A stretch of 64,000 nt of DNA from Candidatus Moranbacteria bacterium GW2011_GWC2_40_12 (GCA_000995965.1 LBYD01000004.1:23711-87710), one strand, 5' to 3'; shown: positions 19,661 through 29,927, counted from the first letter of the stretch. The notes: a model not told the origin generated them from the letters alone. Translations and numbers: made by a program.

Positions 19661-20352
19661 TAAAAATTATCAAGAAAAATTTTCTTTATAATAGATTTAT
19701 CAGCTTCACTGTTGTGAAAATGGAGGCGTTCGTCAAAAAATCCGCCGAACAAATCAAAAAGCAATCGAAGATAATTGATATCGGGGCTGGAACCTGTCCC
19801 TATAAAAAATATTTCAAAAATATAAGCTATATTTCTCAGGATTTTTGCGTTAATGCTGAAAATGATTGGGATTTTAGCCATATTGATATTAAATCTGATG
19901 CCCACGATATACCAGTCGAAGACGGTTCATTTGATAATATCTTATGTATATCTGTTTTGGAGCATTTAGCTTATCCGCATAAAGCGATTGGAGAATTTTC
20001 ACGTATTCTGAGAAGCAAAGGGAGAATCTATCTCGCAGCTCCTTTGACATGGGGGGAGCATCATGAGCCATTTGACTATTTTCGCTACACCAAATTCGGT
20101 CTTAGAAAGATGGCTGAAGAAAATAACCTGAAGGTTATAAGCATAAAAAGCCAAGGAGGTTTTTTTATTCTTCTATCTCAGACAATCACCGGTTTTCCCC
20201 ATAATTATATAAGAAAAAAATTTCTGGCGAATACGTGTTTTTTGATTTTATATCCGATTAATTTTCTGATAGGATTCACATGCTATTTCCTGGATAAAAT
20301 CGATAAGACAAAAATCACGGTATTTTATGAATGCATTTTTGAGAAGAAATAA
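19645..20352 (+). CDS. class I SAM-dependent methyltransferase
   Basis: IIDIGAGTCPY motif I; ILCISVLEHLAYP...RSKGRIYLAAP. Confidence 0.7.
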   Translation: MVSKIIKIIKKNFLYNRFISFTVVKMEAFVKKSAEQIKKQSKIIDIGAGTCPYKKYFKNISYISQDFCVNAENDWDFSHIDIKSDAHDIPVEDGSFDNILCISVLEHLAYPHKAIGEFSRILRSKGRIYLAAPLTWGEHHEPFDYFRYTKFGLRKMAEENNLKVISIKSQGGFFILLSQTITGFPHNYIRKKFLANTCFLILYPINFLIGFTCYFLDKIDKTKITVFYECIFEKK

Positions 20353-20428
20353 TATGGAAGAGAAAGAAAATCGAAAAACTCCCTGCTGTTATCCGGACAG
20401 TATTTAATTGCACTGATTTTATTGTTTT

Positions 20429-21616
20429 ATGGATTATGGGATAAAAAGAATAATTGTTACGGCCTTGGTGCCAAAAGCGGCCAGACACAAAGGAAAAACT
20501 GGCGGGATATCGAGATTGGCGGAGATTCTGAAAAGATTTCATAATCAGTACGGATTCAATATTGTCCTTGTTTCTTCTGAAAGGATCTATGCGGATTATT
20601 TGAATGAAAATGGCGTTTCTGTCGAATTCAAATTTGTGAAATCAAGCTTGAAGTTCAAGAGCCTGCTGGGGCTTTGCATCAAATCCACGTTGATACTAAT
20701 AAAATCATTTTTTGTTTTGAATCTCGATTTTCTAGAAAGTAAAAATGAGAAAGTAATTGTATATGCATCTTCCGACCTATTTTGGGAGGTAATTCCAGCA
20801 TTCTTTTTCAAAATCAAGAAAAAAAAGATTGAATGGATTCAGGTGATCCATCATATTTATCCGGATTGGAAAAGAAGGCCCGGAAAAAAAATAGAGAGTT
20901 TTTTTGGCTTTTATTTGCAAAGATTATCCTTTTGGATGATCAGGAAAAAAGCCGATAAAATTATTATTTTGAACAGCGTTGTCAAAAAGGATCTGATGAT
21001 AATGGGGTTTCCCGAAAACAAGATATTTGTTTCTTCTAACGGAATAGATGCTGGTTATTTTGAAAATACAGGTAAAACGGAATCGGCTTATGACGGCATT
21101 TTTTTAGGGAGATTGAGCCATAGCAAGGGAATTGTTGATCTTATCGAAATATGGGATGGTGTTTGCCAAGAAGTTCCCGAAGCTAAACTTGGGATCATCG
21201 GCGGGGGAAGCAGCGAAGCAAAAAGTTTTCTGAAAAAGAAGATAAACAGTTTTGGCCTTGAAAAAAAAGTGGTTTTGCTCGGTTTTTTGGGAGATAAGAA
21301 AGCGTATCCAATTCTAAAATCCGGAAAAGTTTTTTTGTTTCCCTCGCACGAAGAAGGGTGGGGGATTGCTATCGCTGAAGCCATGGCTTGTGGTTTGCCA
21401 GTTGTGAGTTGGGATTTGCCTGTATTCAAAGAGATATTTGAAAATTATACAGTACAGATAAAAGAAAACGATATTCGATTATTTTCTAAAAAAGTGGTTG
21501 AGCTCCTGAAACATGATACTCTGCGAGAGAAAGCAGGTATGGACGGCAAGGAATTTATAAAAAAATATTCCTGGGATAGTGTAGCAGCGAAAGAGCTAGA
21601 AATAATATCTTTATAG
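20429..21616 (+). CDS. GT4-family (GT-B) glycosyltransferase
   Basis: C-terminal FPSHEEGWGIAIAEAMACGLPVV, the GT4 EX7E-type signature. Confidence 0.75.
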   Translation: MDYGIKRIIVTALVPKAARHKGKTGGISRLAEILKRFHNQYGFNIVLVSSERIYADYLNENGVSVEFKFVKSSLKFKSLLGLCIKSTLILIKSFFVLNLDFLESKNEKVIVYASSDLFWEVIPAFFFKIKKKKIEWIQVIHHIYPDWKRRPGKKIESFFGFYLQRLSFWMIRKKADKIIILNSVVKKDLMIMGFPENKIFVSSNGIDAGYFENTGKTESAYDGIFLGRLSHSKGIVDLIEIWDGVCQEVPEAKLGIIGGGSSEAKSFLKKKINSFGLEKKVVLLGFLGDKKAYPILKSGKVFLFPSHEEGWGIAIAEAMACGLPVVSWDLPVFKEIFENYTVQIKENDIRLFSKKVVELLKHDTLREKAGMDGKEFIKKYSWDSVAAKELEIISL

Positions 21617-21627
21617 CAGCTAGGATA

Positions 21628-22377
21628 ATGATTGAAAATAAGATAATTCAGAAAAATTTTTATAACAAACATTTTTCCAAAGAAAGCAGCCGGAGCGATG
21701 CTTGTTTCGACGCGGGCAAAAAATATTATTTGGATAATTTCATCAGCTCGGTGATTCGGCCTGATTCAAAAAAAGTGCTGGAAATCGGATGCGGCAACGG
21801 CTTTCTCACTTATTTTATTTTGAAAAGACCTATCCACCTCACAGCCATTGATATTTCAGAAATTGCCATCGAAAGCATGAAAAAAATATTTGCTCATGAA
21901 ATCGAACAAGGGAAACTAGATTCGAAGTGCGCCGACATCCTTGAATTTATGGAAAGTACGGATGGAAAATACGATGCCATAATCGGCTCAGGAATAATTC
22001 ATCATATTCAAAAAAAAGATTGGAAAAAATTATTTGAATTAGCACATAATAAATTGAATCATGGTGGGATTTTCGCTTGTGGCCCAGAACCAAATGCAGG
22101 GGGATTATATGCTTTCATTTGGCCCATGGCGAAATTTTTTTATAGCTTGTTCGGAATTGATTATGACCGGGAAGTTGAAAAGGGCACATTCGATATGATC
22201 CCGAGGAAGCTAAAGTCGGTTCTCAAAGAGGCGGGATTTCGAAATCCTGAAATCATCCCGTATCAAGTGATTCCCCATTTTCATTTGAAAATTCTGGAAT
22301 ATTTTGGCAAGAAAATAATAAAACATGTTCCAGGAAAATTATCATTTTATATAATTATTAAGGGAGAAAAGAGATAA
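21628..22377 (+). CDS. class I SAM-dependent methyltransferase
   Basis: VLEIGCGNGFLT motif I; AIIGSGIIHH. Confidence 0.7.
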   Translation: MIENKIIQKNFYNKHFSKESSRSDACFDAGKKYYLDNFISSVIRPDSKKVLEIGCGNGFLTYFILKRPIHLTAIDISEIAIESMKKIFAHEIEQGKLDSKCADILEFMESTDGKYDAIIGSGIIHHIQKKDWKKLFELAHNKLNHGGIFACGPEPNAGGLYAFIWPMAKFFYSLFGIDYDREVEKGTFDMIPRKLKSVLKEAGFRNPEIIPYQVIPHFHLKILEYFGKKIIKHVPGKLSFYIIIKGEKR

Positions 22378-22378
22378 A

Positions 22379-23821
22379 ATGAAAAAAAAAGTTCTCTTGT
22401 ATAATGCGATGCAAACAGCCTATGCCAACTCGGATAATTCTCCGTCTTTTTCTTTGATGGCATTGAGCGCCTATCTCAAGCAAAAGGGATATCAAGCAGA
22501 ATTGCTGCTGAACAATTGCTCCGACACGGAACTGAAAAATACCTTGAAGGACTGCCTGGCGGTAGGCTTTTCATTGTATACAGGCGGAACAAGAGATGCC
22601 TTCAAGATAGCCTCGCGGATAAGATCTTTTTCTCCGGAGCTTCCTTTGATTTGGGGAGGCTACCATCCGACCCTGGAAGCGGACCAATGCCTCCAAAGCG
22701 ATTATATCGATTATGTTATTCGAGGACAGGGAGAAATTACCTTATTAGAACTGTTAAAAAATTTTGAAAAACCGGATGAAAATCTGCTGGAATCCGTAAA
22801 GGGATTGTCTTATAAAAAAAATGGAGAAATATCCCACAATGAGACAAGAGAGTCTTCAAATATAAACGGATTTCCAAGTTTTGATTATGGCCTGTACGGC
22901 CATGTGTTCAAAAATGCTTCTGAAGCCACGTATATAACCAGCCGGGGATGCCCGTTTTCCTGCAAATTTTGCTGCTCGTCAAGCTTCAATCGAAATCACG
23001 GAATGAAGTTTTACCAGCTTTCTTTGGACAGGGTTTTTTCTGACCTTGAATTTTTGATATCCACCTATAATCTGGAAAAAATAAATTTTTTTGACGACAA
23101 TTTTTTTATTGAATCCGGAAGGATAAGGAAATTTGTCGAAGGATATAAGAAAAGGGGCTTCAACTTTCAATGGACAGCCTATGGGCGATGCCGCTTCTTT
23201 GCAAATGCTGAAGATGACTTGATAAAAAAATTGAAAGAAACAGGCCTGGAAAGAATTTTTTTTGGAGTCGAATCGGGATCTCAAATGATTTTGAACATGG
23301 TGAACAAACAAATGAAAACAGATGATGTTTTGCTGGCACTTCGAAAAATTACCCAATTTGGAATTTTGGGAGACTTCACTTTTATCAACGGTTTTCCCAA
23401 TGAAAAGGTATTGGACGTTTTCAAAAGTTTAGGGCTCAGGAACAAAATAAAGAAAATATCTCCAAAATCAAGCGTGCGCTTTTTTGTTTTTACGCCGCTT
23501 CCCGGAACAGAAATGCTGGAAACCTGCGAAAAACTCGGATATAAAAAACCCGAAGGAGTCAGAGACTGGAAGTCTTATGAATACCATTCGTTCAAAGCTC
23601 CCTGGCTGTCTCGGAGCTATCAAAGCTTTGTAAACAGCATTTCCTGGGCAGCGCAATTCAGCGAACTGGATCCAAGCATTGGGACGAATATATTATCAAA
23701 ATTAGTTTTCAAATTTTTGGCAAAAGATGCCGATTTTCGCTTCAAGCACAAAATATTTTTTCTTTCTCCGGAATTCAAAATTATAAATACTATTTATAGA
23801 AGAAAAATAATACGGGGGTAA
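22379..23821 (+). CDS. B12-binding domain radical SAM protein
   Basis: N-terminal B12-binding-like domain; canonical SRGCPFSCKFC (CxxxCxxC); FGVESGSQMILNMVNK. Confidence 0.75.
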   Translation: MKKKVLLYNAMQTAYANSDNSPSFSLMALSAYLKQKGYQAELLLNNCSDTELKNTLKDCLAVGFSLYTGGTRDAFKIASRIRSFSPELPLIWGGYHPTLEADQCLQSDYIDYVIRGQGEITLLELLKNFEKPDENLLESVKGLSYKKNGEISHNETRESSNINGFPSFDYGLYGHVFKNASEATYITSRGCPFSCKFCCSSSFNRNHGMKFYQLSLDRVFSDLEFLISTYNLEKINFFDDNFFIESGRIRKFVEGYKKRGFNFQWTAYGRCRFFANAEDDLIKKLKETGLERIFFGVESGSQMILNMVNKQMKTDDVLLALRKITQFGILGDFTFINGFPNEKVLDVFKSLGLRNKIKKISPKSSVRFFVFTPLPGTEMLETCEKLGYKKPEGVRDWKSYEYHSFKAPWLSRSYQSFVNSISWAAQFSELDPSIGTNILSKLVFKFLAKDADFRFKHKIFFLSPEFKIINTIYRRKIIRG

Positions 23822-23851
23822 CTTGAAATCATTAATCATTTTTATAATTAC

Positions 23852-24382
23852 ATGAAAAGTGGAACTAAAAAAATTATCGCTGTTAGCGCTGTCGTTCTCT
23901 TGCTGGCCGCATCAAGGCTCCTGAAACATCCCTACAATTTCACGCCCATCACTGCTATGTCGATATTTGCTGGATGCTATTTGCGAAAAAACTGGGGGCT
24001 GGTCTTTCCGCTGGGAGGAATGCTGGTCAGCGACTTTTTCATCGGTTTTTACGACTGGAAACTGATGGCAGCGGTTTATGCCGGCATTGCAATATCATTC
24101 TATATTGGCTGGTATCTGCGAAAAAAAATAACATGGAATCGAGTGATTTTCGCGGCTTTGATATCTTCTTTGCTTTTTTTTGTTGTTTCTAATTTTGCAG
24201 TATGGTTGTTCTATCAGTGGTACCCGCATACGCTGGCCGGTTTGAACCAGTGTTTCATTTTGGCGCTGCCTTTTTTCAAGAACAGTTTGGCTGGCGACTT
24301 GATTTATACCGGAGCGATATTCGCTGCCTATGAATTTTCCTTTAGAAAAATAAAGCAACGGGCCCTTCCTAAGGCTGCCTAA
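23852..24382 (+). CDS. small polytopic membrane protein (unknown function)
   Basis: 176 aa with 5-6 TM helices. Confidence 0.45.
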   Translation: MKSGTKKIIAVSAVVLLLAASRLLKHPYNFTPITAMSIFAGCYLRKNWGLVFPLGGMLVSDFFIGFYDWKLMAAVYAGIAISFYIGWYLRKKITWNRVIFAALISSLLFFVVSNFAVWLFYQWYPHTLAGLNQCFILALPFFKNSLAGDLIYTGAIFAAYEFSFRKIKQRALPKAA

Positions 24383-24386
24383 AAAT

Positions 24387-25007
24387 ATGTTTGAAAAAGA
24401 TCCTTTGCTGAATCTGGACAAATCTCCTCACAGTCCGCACAATATTATTCCCAATCTGATAAAGAAAGAAAAAGCTTATATTTTAGACGTGGGCTGCAAC
24501 ACAGGGATGATAGGCAAAGAGATTATCAAAAAAAAAGCGGCAATTGTTGATGGTATTGATATCAACAAAGAGGCCCTGAAAAAAGCTTCGGAAGCCTATC
24601 GAAAAGTTTTTCAGCGGGATTTGTCTCGTGATAAAATAGAAATCGAGGAAGAAAAATATGACTATATAATTTATTCCGATATTTTGGAGCATCTGCCAAG
24701 ACCGGATCAAATATTACGGGACATGAAAAGATATCTGAAGGGCGATGGAAGAGCGATTATATCTTTGCCTAACGTTGCGCGATTAGAAATCAGAGTCGGT
24801 TTGCTTTTTGGAAATTTTGACTATAAGCCGGGAATTCTAAGCGAAGATCATTTGCGTTTTTTCACCAAAAAGAGCGCTATTGAAATGATCGAAAAATGCG
24901 GGTATGGAGTAGTGGGCATAGTTCCAACCGGATTTGGGCATCGGTTTGGGATGTTGACCACCCTGACTGCGTTTCAATTCGTTTATGTTTGTAAAAAATC
25001 ATTATGA
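24387..25007 (+). CDS. class I SAM-dependent methyltransferase
   Basis: ILDVGCNTGMIG motif I; YIIYSDILEHLPRP. Confidence 0.7.
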   Translation: MFEKDPLLNLDKSPHSPHNIIPNLIKKEKAYILDVGCNTGMIGKEIIKKKAAIVDGIDINKEALKKASEAYRKVFQRDLSRDKIEIEEEKYDYIIYSDILEHLPRPDQILRDMKRYLKGDGRAIISLPNVARLEIRVGLLFGNFDYKPGILSEDHLRFFTKKSAIEMIEKCGYGVVGIVPTGFGHRFGMLTTLTAFQFVYVCKKSL

Positions 25008-26176
25008 AAGTGCTTGTCATTGAACCATGTTTTGTCGGCTACGGAGGTTATTTCCGGTCTTACAATATTTGCCTCAGTTTAAGCAAAAAACACATTTCAG
25101 CGGATTTGCTTGTTTCAAGCAACAAAAAATTTAACTTCTCCATAAAAAAAACAAGAATAAATGAAAACTTTTGCCAGTACGAACTGCCAAGATTCAGTAT
25201 CCATCCTTATCTTAACGGCCGGTTAGTGAGAGCTTTCCTGGCAATTATATTGGGTCTCTGCAAAAAATATGACATTATCCACGCGTGTGTTCCAACGCAG
25301 CTCGAATCAAATGTATCGGCTTTTTTCCTGAAACTCCTTGGGAAAAAAATAGTGATTGATTGGGATGATTATTGGATAGGCAGTCCGCTTTTCAAAAGAG
25401 ACACAATCGTAAAAAAATATATAACTTTTTGCGAAAAAAAGTCGCCCAAATATTTTGCAAATATCGTTGTTGTCAGCGATTTTTTGGAGGATAAAGCAAA
25501 AAAATGGGGTGCGAAAAAAATCCTCAAGCTGATAAATGGAGTGAATGCCAGCCAATTCACTGTGCACACAAGAGAAGAGGGAATAAGCAAGCTAGGTTTG
25601 GATGAAAATAAAAAATATTTATTAACTTTCGGAAATAGTTTTGCAAACGATAGGGCGCGCCTGCTTTTCGATACTTTTGAAAGGATATTCAATCTGGATC
25701 CCGAAGTTTATCTCTTATTCAATCTGGATCCCCTGAAAATAATTGGGGAACAAAGCCTGGCGAAAGAACGCAATTTTAAATGCCTGAAAAATATAATCAA
25801 TGTCGGATACATTAGCCAAAATGATTTGGGCTATTATCTGGGTGTTTGCGAAGCCGTTATTTTTCTGCAGGGAGAAACGAAAGATGAGATTGCCTGTTTT
25901 CCCATAAGAATCGGGAGTTATCTGAATGGAGAATCTGCTATAATAATAAACGACGTCAATTCTGAAACTGGAAATACGCTGAAAAAATGCAATTGTGCCA
26001 TCATAGAAAAAGATTTATCAATTTTAGCACATAAGGCCGTTGAATTTATACACGACAAAAATCGGCAAGTGGAGATGAAAAAAAAAGTTATATCGGCTAA
26101 AAATGAGTTGTCTTGGGACAATCAGATAGAAAAATTGGTTCATTTTTACGGCGAAATAATCCAAAAAAGAAAATAA
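25004..26176 (+). CDS. GT-B fold glycosyltransferase (divergent GT1/GT4-like)
   Basis: 390 aa; N-terminal MKVLVIEP Rossmann start typical of GT-B; weak C-terminal conservation; cluster context. Confidence 0.5.
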   Translation: MKVLVIEPCFVGYGGYFRSYNICLSLSKKHISADLLVSSNKKFNFSIKKTRINENFCQYELPRFSIHPYLNGRLVRAFLAIILGLCKKYDIIHACVPTQLESNVSAFFLKLLGKKIVIDWDDYWIGSPLFKRDTIVKKYITFCEKKSPKYFANIVVVSDFLEDKAKKWGAKKILKLINGVNASQFTVHTREEGISKLGLDENKKYLLTFGNSFANDRARLLFDTFERIFNLDPEVYLLFNLDPLKIIGEQSLAKERNFKCLKNIINVGYISQNDLGYYLGVCEAVIFLQGETKDEIACFPIRIGSYLNGESAIIINDVNSETGNTLKKCNCAIIEKDLSILAHKAVEFIHDKNRQVEMKKKVISAKNELSWDNQIEKLVHFYGEIIQKRK

Positions 26177-26192
26177 TGTTAGGCTATATAGA

Positions 26193-27035
26193 ATGAATAT
26201 GATAAAACAGCGAGTTGATGCTTCCGTATACGATGACAAATATTATGCCGGACGATATCAAAATATTGACTATCGGAATTTGGAAAGATTGGGCGACTTT
26301 GGCCATATCTATCAAAAAGCCGGTTCCATGCTGCAGCCTGAAGAACAGGATAAGATTGTTGATTTCGGATGCGGGATTGGTCACCTATCCTTTTATTTAT
26401 TCCTGAAGTACAAATGCGATGTAACCGGAGTAGATTATTCGCAGGACGCTCTTTTTTTATGCGAGAAAAATCTGAAGTTGCTTGAAGCTCGGATTGAATA
26501 TTCTTCGATTAGAGAAAAAGTACGCTTTGTATATTTCAATATCAATAATCCGCCCAACTTCAAAAATATCAAAGCAGTTTTTCTGATTGATGTGGTCGAG
26601 CATCTGTATGATCACGAGCTGAAGCTTGTTTTGGGTGAAATAAAAAAATGGGGCGGTAAAAATGGAATTCAGATTATTATCCATACGGATAACAATAATT
26701 ATTTGAAATTCATCCGGCCCATACTGGATTTTTTGGCCGTTTGTTTCAAAAAAAACACTTATCAAAAGTTGAACAAGGGATATGCGGAAGTGGCGAAAGG
26801 CCACGTGAATCTCACAACTGCTGGAAGACTCAAGAGAAAACTGGTTTCGCATAATTTCAGAGTTTTGAAGATTGAATATCCATTGATGAATACTACCACG
26901 ACCAAGAATCAGCTGGGTCCAATAGCACAGCACTGGTTTGTACTGTATCCAATAATTTTTTTTGGCAAGATTCTGTATTTCTTGCGGCCGAGCTTTTATG
27001 TCCTCGCGGAAAATAAAGAGACTTTCCAAAACTAA
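26193..27035 (+). CDS. class I SAM-dependent methyltransferase
   Basis: VDFGCGIGHLS motif I; FLIDVVEHL. Confidence 0.65.
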   Translation: MNMIKQRVDASVYDDKYYAGRYQNIDYRNLERLGDFGHIYQKAGSMLQPEEQDKIVDFGCGIGHLSFYLFLKYKCDVTGVDYSQDALFLCEKNLKLLEARIEYSSIREKVRFVYFNINNPPNFKNIKAVFLIDVVEHLYDHELKLVLGEIKKWGGKNGIQIIIHTDNNNYLKFIRPILDFLAVCFKKNTYQKLNKGYAEVAKGHVNLTTAGRLKRKLVSHNFRVLKIEYPLMNTTTTKNQLGPIAQHWFVLYPIIFFGKILYFLRPSFYVLAENKETFQN

Positions 27036-27039
27036 CTGC

Positions 27040-27669
27040 ATGAGCATCATATATAAGCATGATAAAGCTGTCGAAAGTGTTTTGTGCACAATAAGCAAAA
27101 AATATTCCGGCTATAATAAGTTTTTGGATGTGGGGTGCGGATATGGAGATAGGACACTTATTTTCAAAAACAGTCAGCGTGAAATTATAGGCATTGATTA
27201 TATAAATTATCATTCAAAAAATTATAAGGATTTCACTTTTTTGAACAGAAACTTTTTCAACAGCGGGTTTAGCCAAAAGTCTTTTGATATTATTTTCTGC
27301 TTTGATGTTCTAGAGCATATGGAGAAGCCGGAGAGGCTTCTATCGGAAATACATAGTTTATTGCGGCCCGGCGGGATATGCATATTATCGACACCAAATA
27401 AGCTCAGAATTTTAGGGGCCATTCTTATTGCAATAGGAAAACGAAAATTTCCATATTGCCTGGATGAAAGAAATAAGGAAAAATATCCGGAATATTGGCA
27501 TATAAAAGAGTATACGGGCAAAGAATTGCGGCAAATTGCGAGCGATAACGGATTCCAGGTTGAAAAGTTTTATAAAGTTTTTTATGGTTTGACTGGCGGA
27601 CGCGGTTTTAAATTTTTGTTTAATTTGCCTTTTTATCATAATTCCATTATTGTGATGAAAAAATCATAA
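27040..27669 (+). CDS. class I SAM-dependent methyltransferase
   Basis: FLDVGCGYGDRT motif I; FCFDVLEHMEKP...RPGGICILSTPN; the in-frame ATG at 27040 avoids overlap with the upstream gene. Confidence 0.65.
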   Translation: MSIIYKHDKAVESVLCTISKKYSGYNKFLDVGCGYGDRTLIFKNSQREIIGIDYINYHSKNYKDFTFLNRNFFNSGFSQKSFDIIFCFDVLEHMEKPERLLSEIHSLLRPGGICILSTPNKLRILGAILIAIGKRKFPYCLDERNKEKYPEYWHIKEYTGKELRQIASDNGFQVEKFYKVFYGLTGGRGFKFLFNLPFYHNSIIVMKKS

Positions 27670-27678
27670 GTATTTTTT

Positions 27679-29205
27679 ATGAAACCAATCCAAATTCTTG
27701 TCGTTGATATGGGGTCGCAATACACGCTGGTCATCGGACGGACGCTTCGCGAGCTTGGGTTCCGAAGCGCTGTTTTGTCGCCCGGAAAAGCCGAGGGGTG
27801 GCTGAAAGCAAACAAGCCCCAAGCCGTCATTCTTTCCGGCGGAAGCGCGAGTGTTTACGAAGAAAATTCTCCTCAGCCGCCAAAATATATTTTGAAAATC
27901 GATATTCCAATTTTAGGGATATGCTACGGAATGCAATGGATTTCGCACAAAACCGGCGGGCTGGTCGCTCCCCATCACGAGAGAAAAGAATACGGGGAAG
28001 CAGTGGCGAAGTTCGACACAAAAGATTTGCTTTTCCGCGGTATAAAATCCAAAAGTATAGTCTGGGCAAGTCATGGGGACAGTGTGGAAAAGGTTCCGGT
28101 GGGATTCAGAATAATTGCGCGATCGGTTGATGAAAAAGTTATAGAAGCGATGTCGAGTCCGTCCAAAAAAATATGGGGTGTTCAATTTCATCCGGAAGTG
28201 ACGCACACCAAAGAAGGCAAAAAAATACTCCTCAATTTTTTGGAAAAAATTGCAAAATGCGAAAAAGATTGGCAACCGGCGGACATAGTTGACGATATCA
28301 GAAATGAGACATCAAAAGTTGCTGGAGACAAAAAAGCAATAATTGGATTTAGCGGAGGGGTGGATTCAACAACACTTTCGGCGGTTCTGGCTCCGGTATT
28401 TAGAAAAAATCTGCTGGCGGTTTGCATCGATACGGGAGGACTTCGGAGGAATGAGCTTGAAGAAATAAAATTCAACGCGCGGGCGGCCGGGGTGAATTTG
28501 AAAATTGTGAAAGCAAGCGCGCGTTTTCAGAAATCAATCGGACGCGAGACGCATTCGGAAAAAAAAAGAAAGCGCTTCAAAAAAATATACGGGCGCATTC
28601 TCGAAGAGGAAGCCAAAAAATTCCAAGCCGATTTTATTGTGCAGGGGAGCCTGGCGACTGATCTCATTGAATCGGGATCGGCGGGAAAAGCCGATCTCAT
28701 CAAATCGCATCACAATGTGGGGCTCAATCTCAAAGAGAAAGAACTGCATCCTTTCCGTAATTTGTTCAAATATGAAGTGCGCGAGCTGGCGCGGTCACTG
28801 AAACTGCCGAGCTCGATATCAGAGCGTCAGCCCTTTCCCGGTCCGGGGCTTTTCATCCGCATCATCGGCGAGCCGCCCCGAAAAGATAAGCTCAACATTG
28901 CGCGCTGGGCGGACGGCGAAGTGACGGATATTTTGAAAAAACATGGAGCTTATAAAGGTGTGTCGCAATTGATCGTAGCTCTCGATTGCCAAAGGACGGT
29001 TGGCATCAAAGGCGACGGGCGGGTCTATGCCTATTCGGTAATTGTCCGGGGCGTGAAAACTTTGGATTTCATGACGGCGGAAGGCGTTCAATTTCCGGCG
29101 AACATCCGGCGTGAAATTTCAACCGTCGTTACGCGCCATCCGAAAATTGTCCGCGTCTTTTTCGACGAAACCAATAAACCGCCGGCCACAACGGAAATGG
29201 AATGA
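27679..29205 (+). CDS. guaA: GMP synthase (glutamine-hydrolysing)
   Basis: Glutamine amidotransferase GICYGMQ plus catalytic HGD; ATP-PPase P-loop SGGVDSTT; conserved C-terminal dimerisation domain. Confidence 0.9.
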   Translation: MKPIQILVVDMGSQYTLVIGRTLRELGFRSAVLSPGKAEGWLKANKPQAVILSGGSASVYEENSPQPPKYILKIDIPILGICYGMQWISHKTGGLVAPHHERKEYGEAVAKFDTKDLLFRGIKSKSIVWASHGDSVEKVPVGFRIIARSVDEKVIEAMSSPSKKIWGVQFHPEVTHTKEGKKILLNFLEKIAKCEKDWQPADIVDDIRNETSKVAGDKKAIIGFSGGVDSTTLSAVLAPVFRKNLLAVCIDTGGLRRNELEEIKFNARAAGVNLKIVKASARFQKSIGRETHSEKKRKRFKKIYGRILEEEAKKFQADFIVQGSLATDLIESGSAGKADLIKSHHNVGLNLKEKELHPFRNLFKYEVRELARSLKLPSSISERQPFPGPGLFIRIIGEPPRKDKLNIARWADGEVTDILKKHGAYKGVSQLIVALDCQRTVGIKGDGRVYAYSVIVRGVKTLDFMTAEGVQFPANIRREISTVVTRHPKIVRVFFDETNKPPATTEME

Positions 29206-29302
29206 TTGAGCTAAGCCCGACATTGTTCACAGAAATCCTAGTCTTGAGGAATAAAAAAAATCGCGCCGGAACGCGATTGCGGAATATCGATTTATGATAA
29301 AT

Positions 29303-29632
29303 TCATGAAGCAAGAATCTTTTCAACCGCTTTTTCAAGGTCAGAAAGGTCATCCTTGCAAGTGCTCCAGACCGTTTCCGGATTCACGCCGAAATATTCGT
29401 GAATGATAAAGTTCCTCATGTCGATCATATTTCTCCAAGGGATGTCCGGATATTTTGAACGGAGTTTCGGCTCAAGATTGTTCGCCGCTTCTCCGATAAT
29501 CGCGAGTTGGCGCACCACGGCATCGACAGTTTTTTCATCCCGGGAGAAAGAATCATAGTCAAAGCCATTCAAATATTTTTCGATGGTTTTGACGGAGTCC
29601 CGGATATGTTTGAGATAAACCCTATCCTTCAT
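29303..29632 (-). CDS. hepT: HepT-like (DUF86) toxin of a HepT/MntA toxin-antitoxin pair
   Basis: DUF86 pattern with C-terminal RNFIIHEY (Rx4HxY). Confidence 0.75.
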   Translation of the reverse strand: MKDRVYLKHIRDSVKTIEKYLNGFDYDSFSRDEKTVDAVVRQLAIIGEAANNLEPKLRSKYPDIPWRNMIDMRNFIIHEYFGVNPETVWSTCKDDLSDLEKAVEKILAS

Positions 29633-29927
29633 ACACGGTTTCAGCGTTATGCATTACTTCGTCGCGAAAATACTTGCTCAAAGATCCCGGAGTTACAAGG
29701 TCCACTTCTCTCCCAAGATGTTCTTTGAAATGGCGATAAATCCCGGCCAGTTTGAAGAAGCCCACGCTTGCTTTCGGCTTGAACTCAATCAGAATGTCGA
29801 TATCGCTGTCGATCTTGGCAGTTCCATGCAGATATGATCCAAAAAGAGCAACTTTTTTGATCTCATCCTTGAGGCTGTCATGCTCGACGGTTTCCCGAAT
29901 AATTTTCTTGACTTCTTCCTTGTTCAT
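29622..29927 (-). CDS. mntA: MntA-type minimal nucleotidyltransferase (antitoxin)
   Basis: GSxLHGTAKIDSDIDILIEF (GSx10DxD nucleotidyltransferase motif); overlaps hepT by 11 nt. Confidence 0.75.
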   Translation of the reverse strand: MNKEEVKKIIRETVEHDSLKDEIKKVALFGSYLHGTAKIDSDIDILIEFKPKASVGFFKLAGIYRHFKEHLGREVDLVTPGSLSKYFRDEVMHNAETVYEG

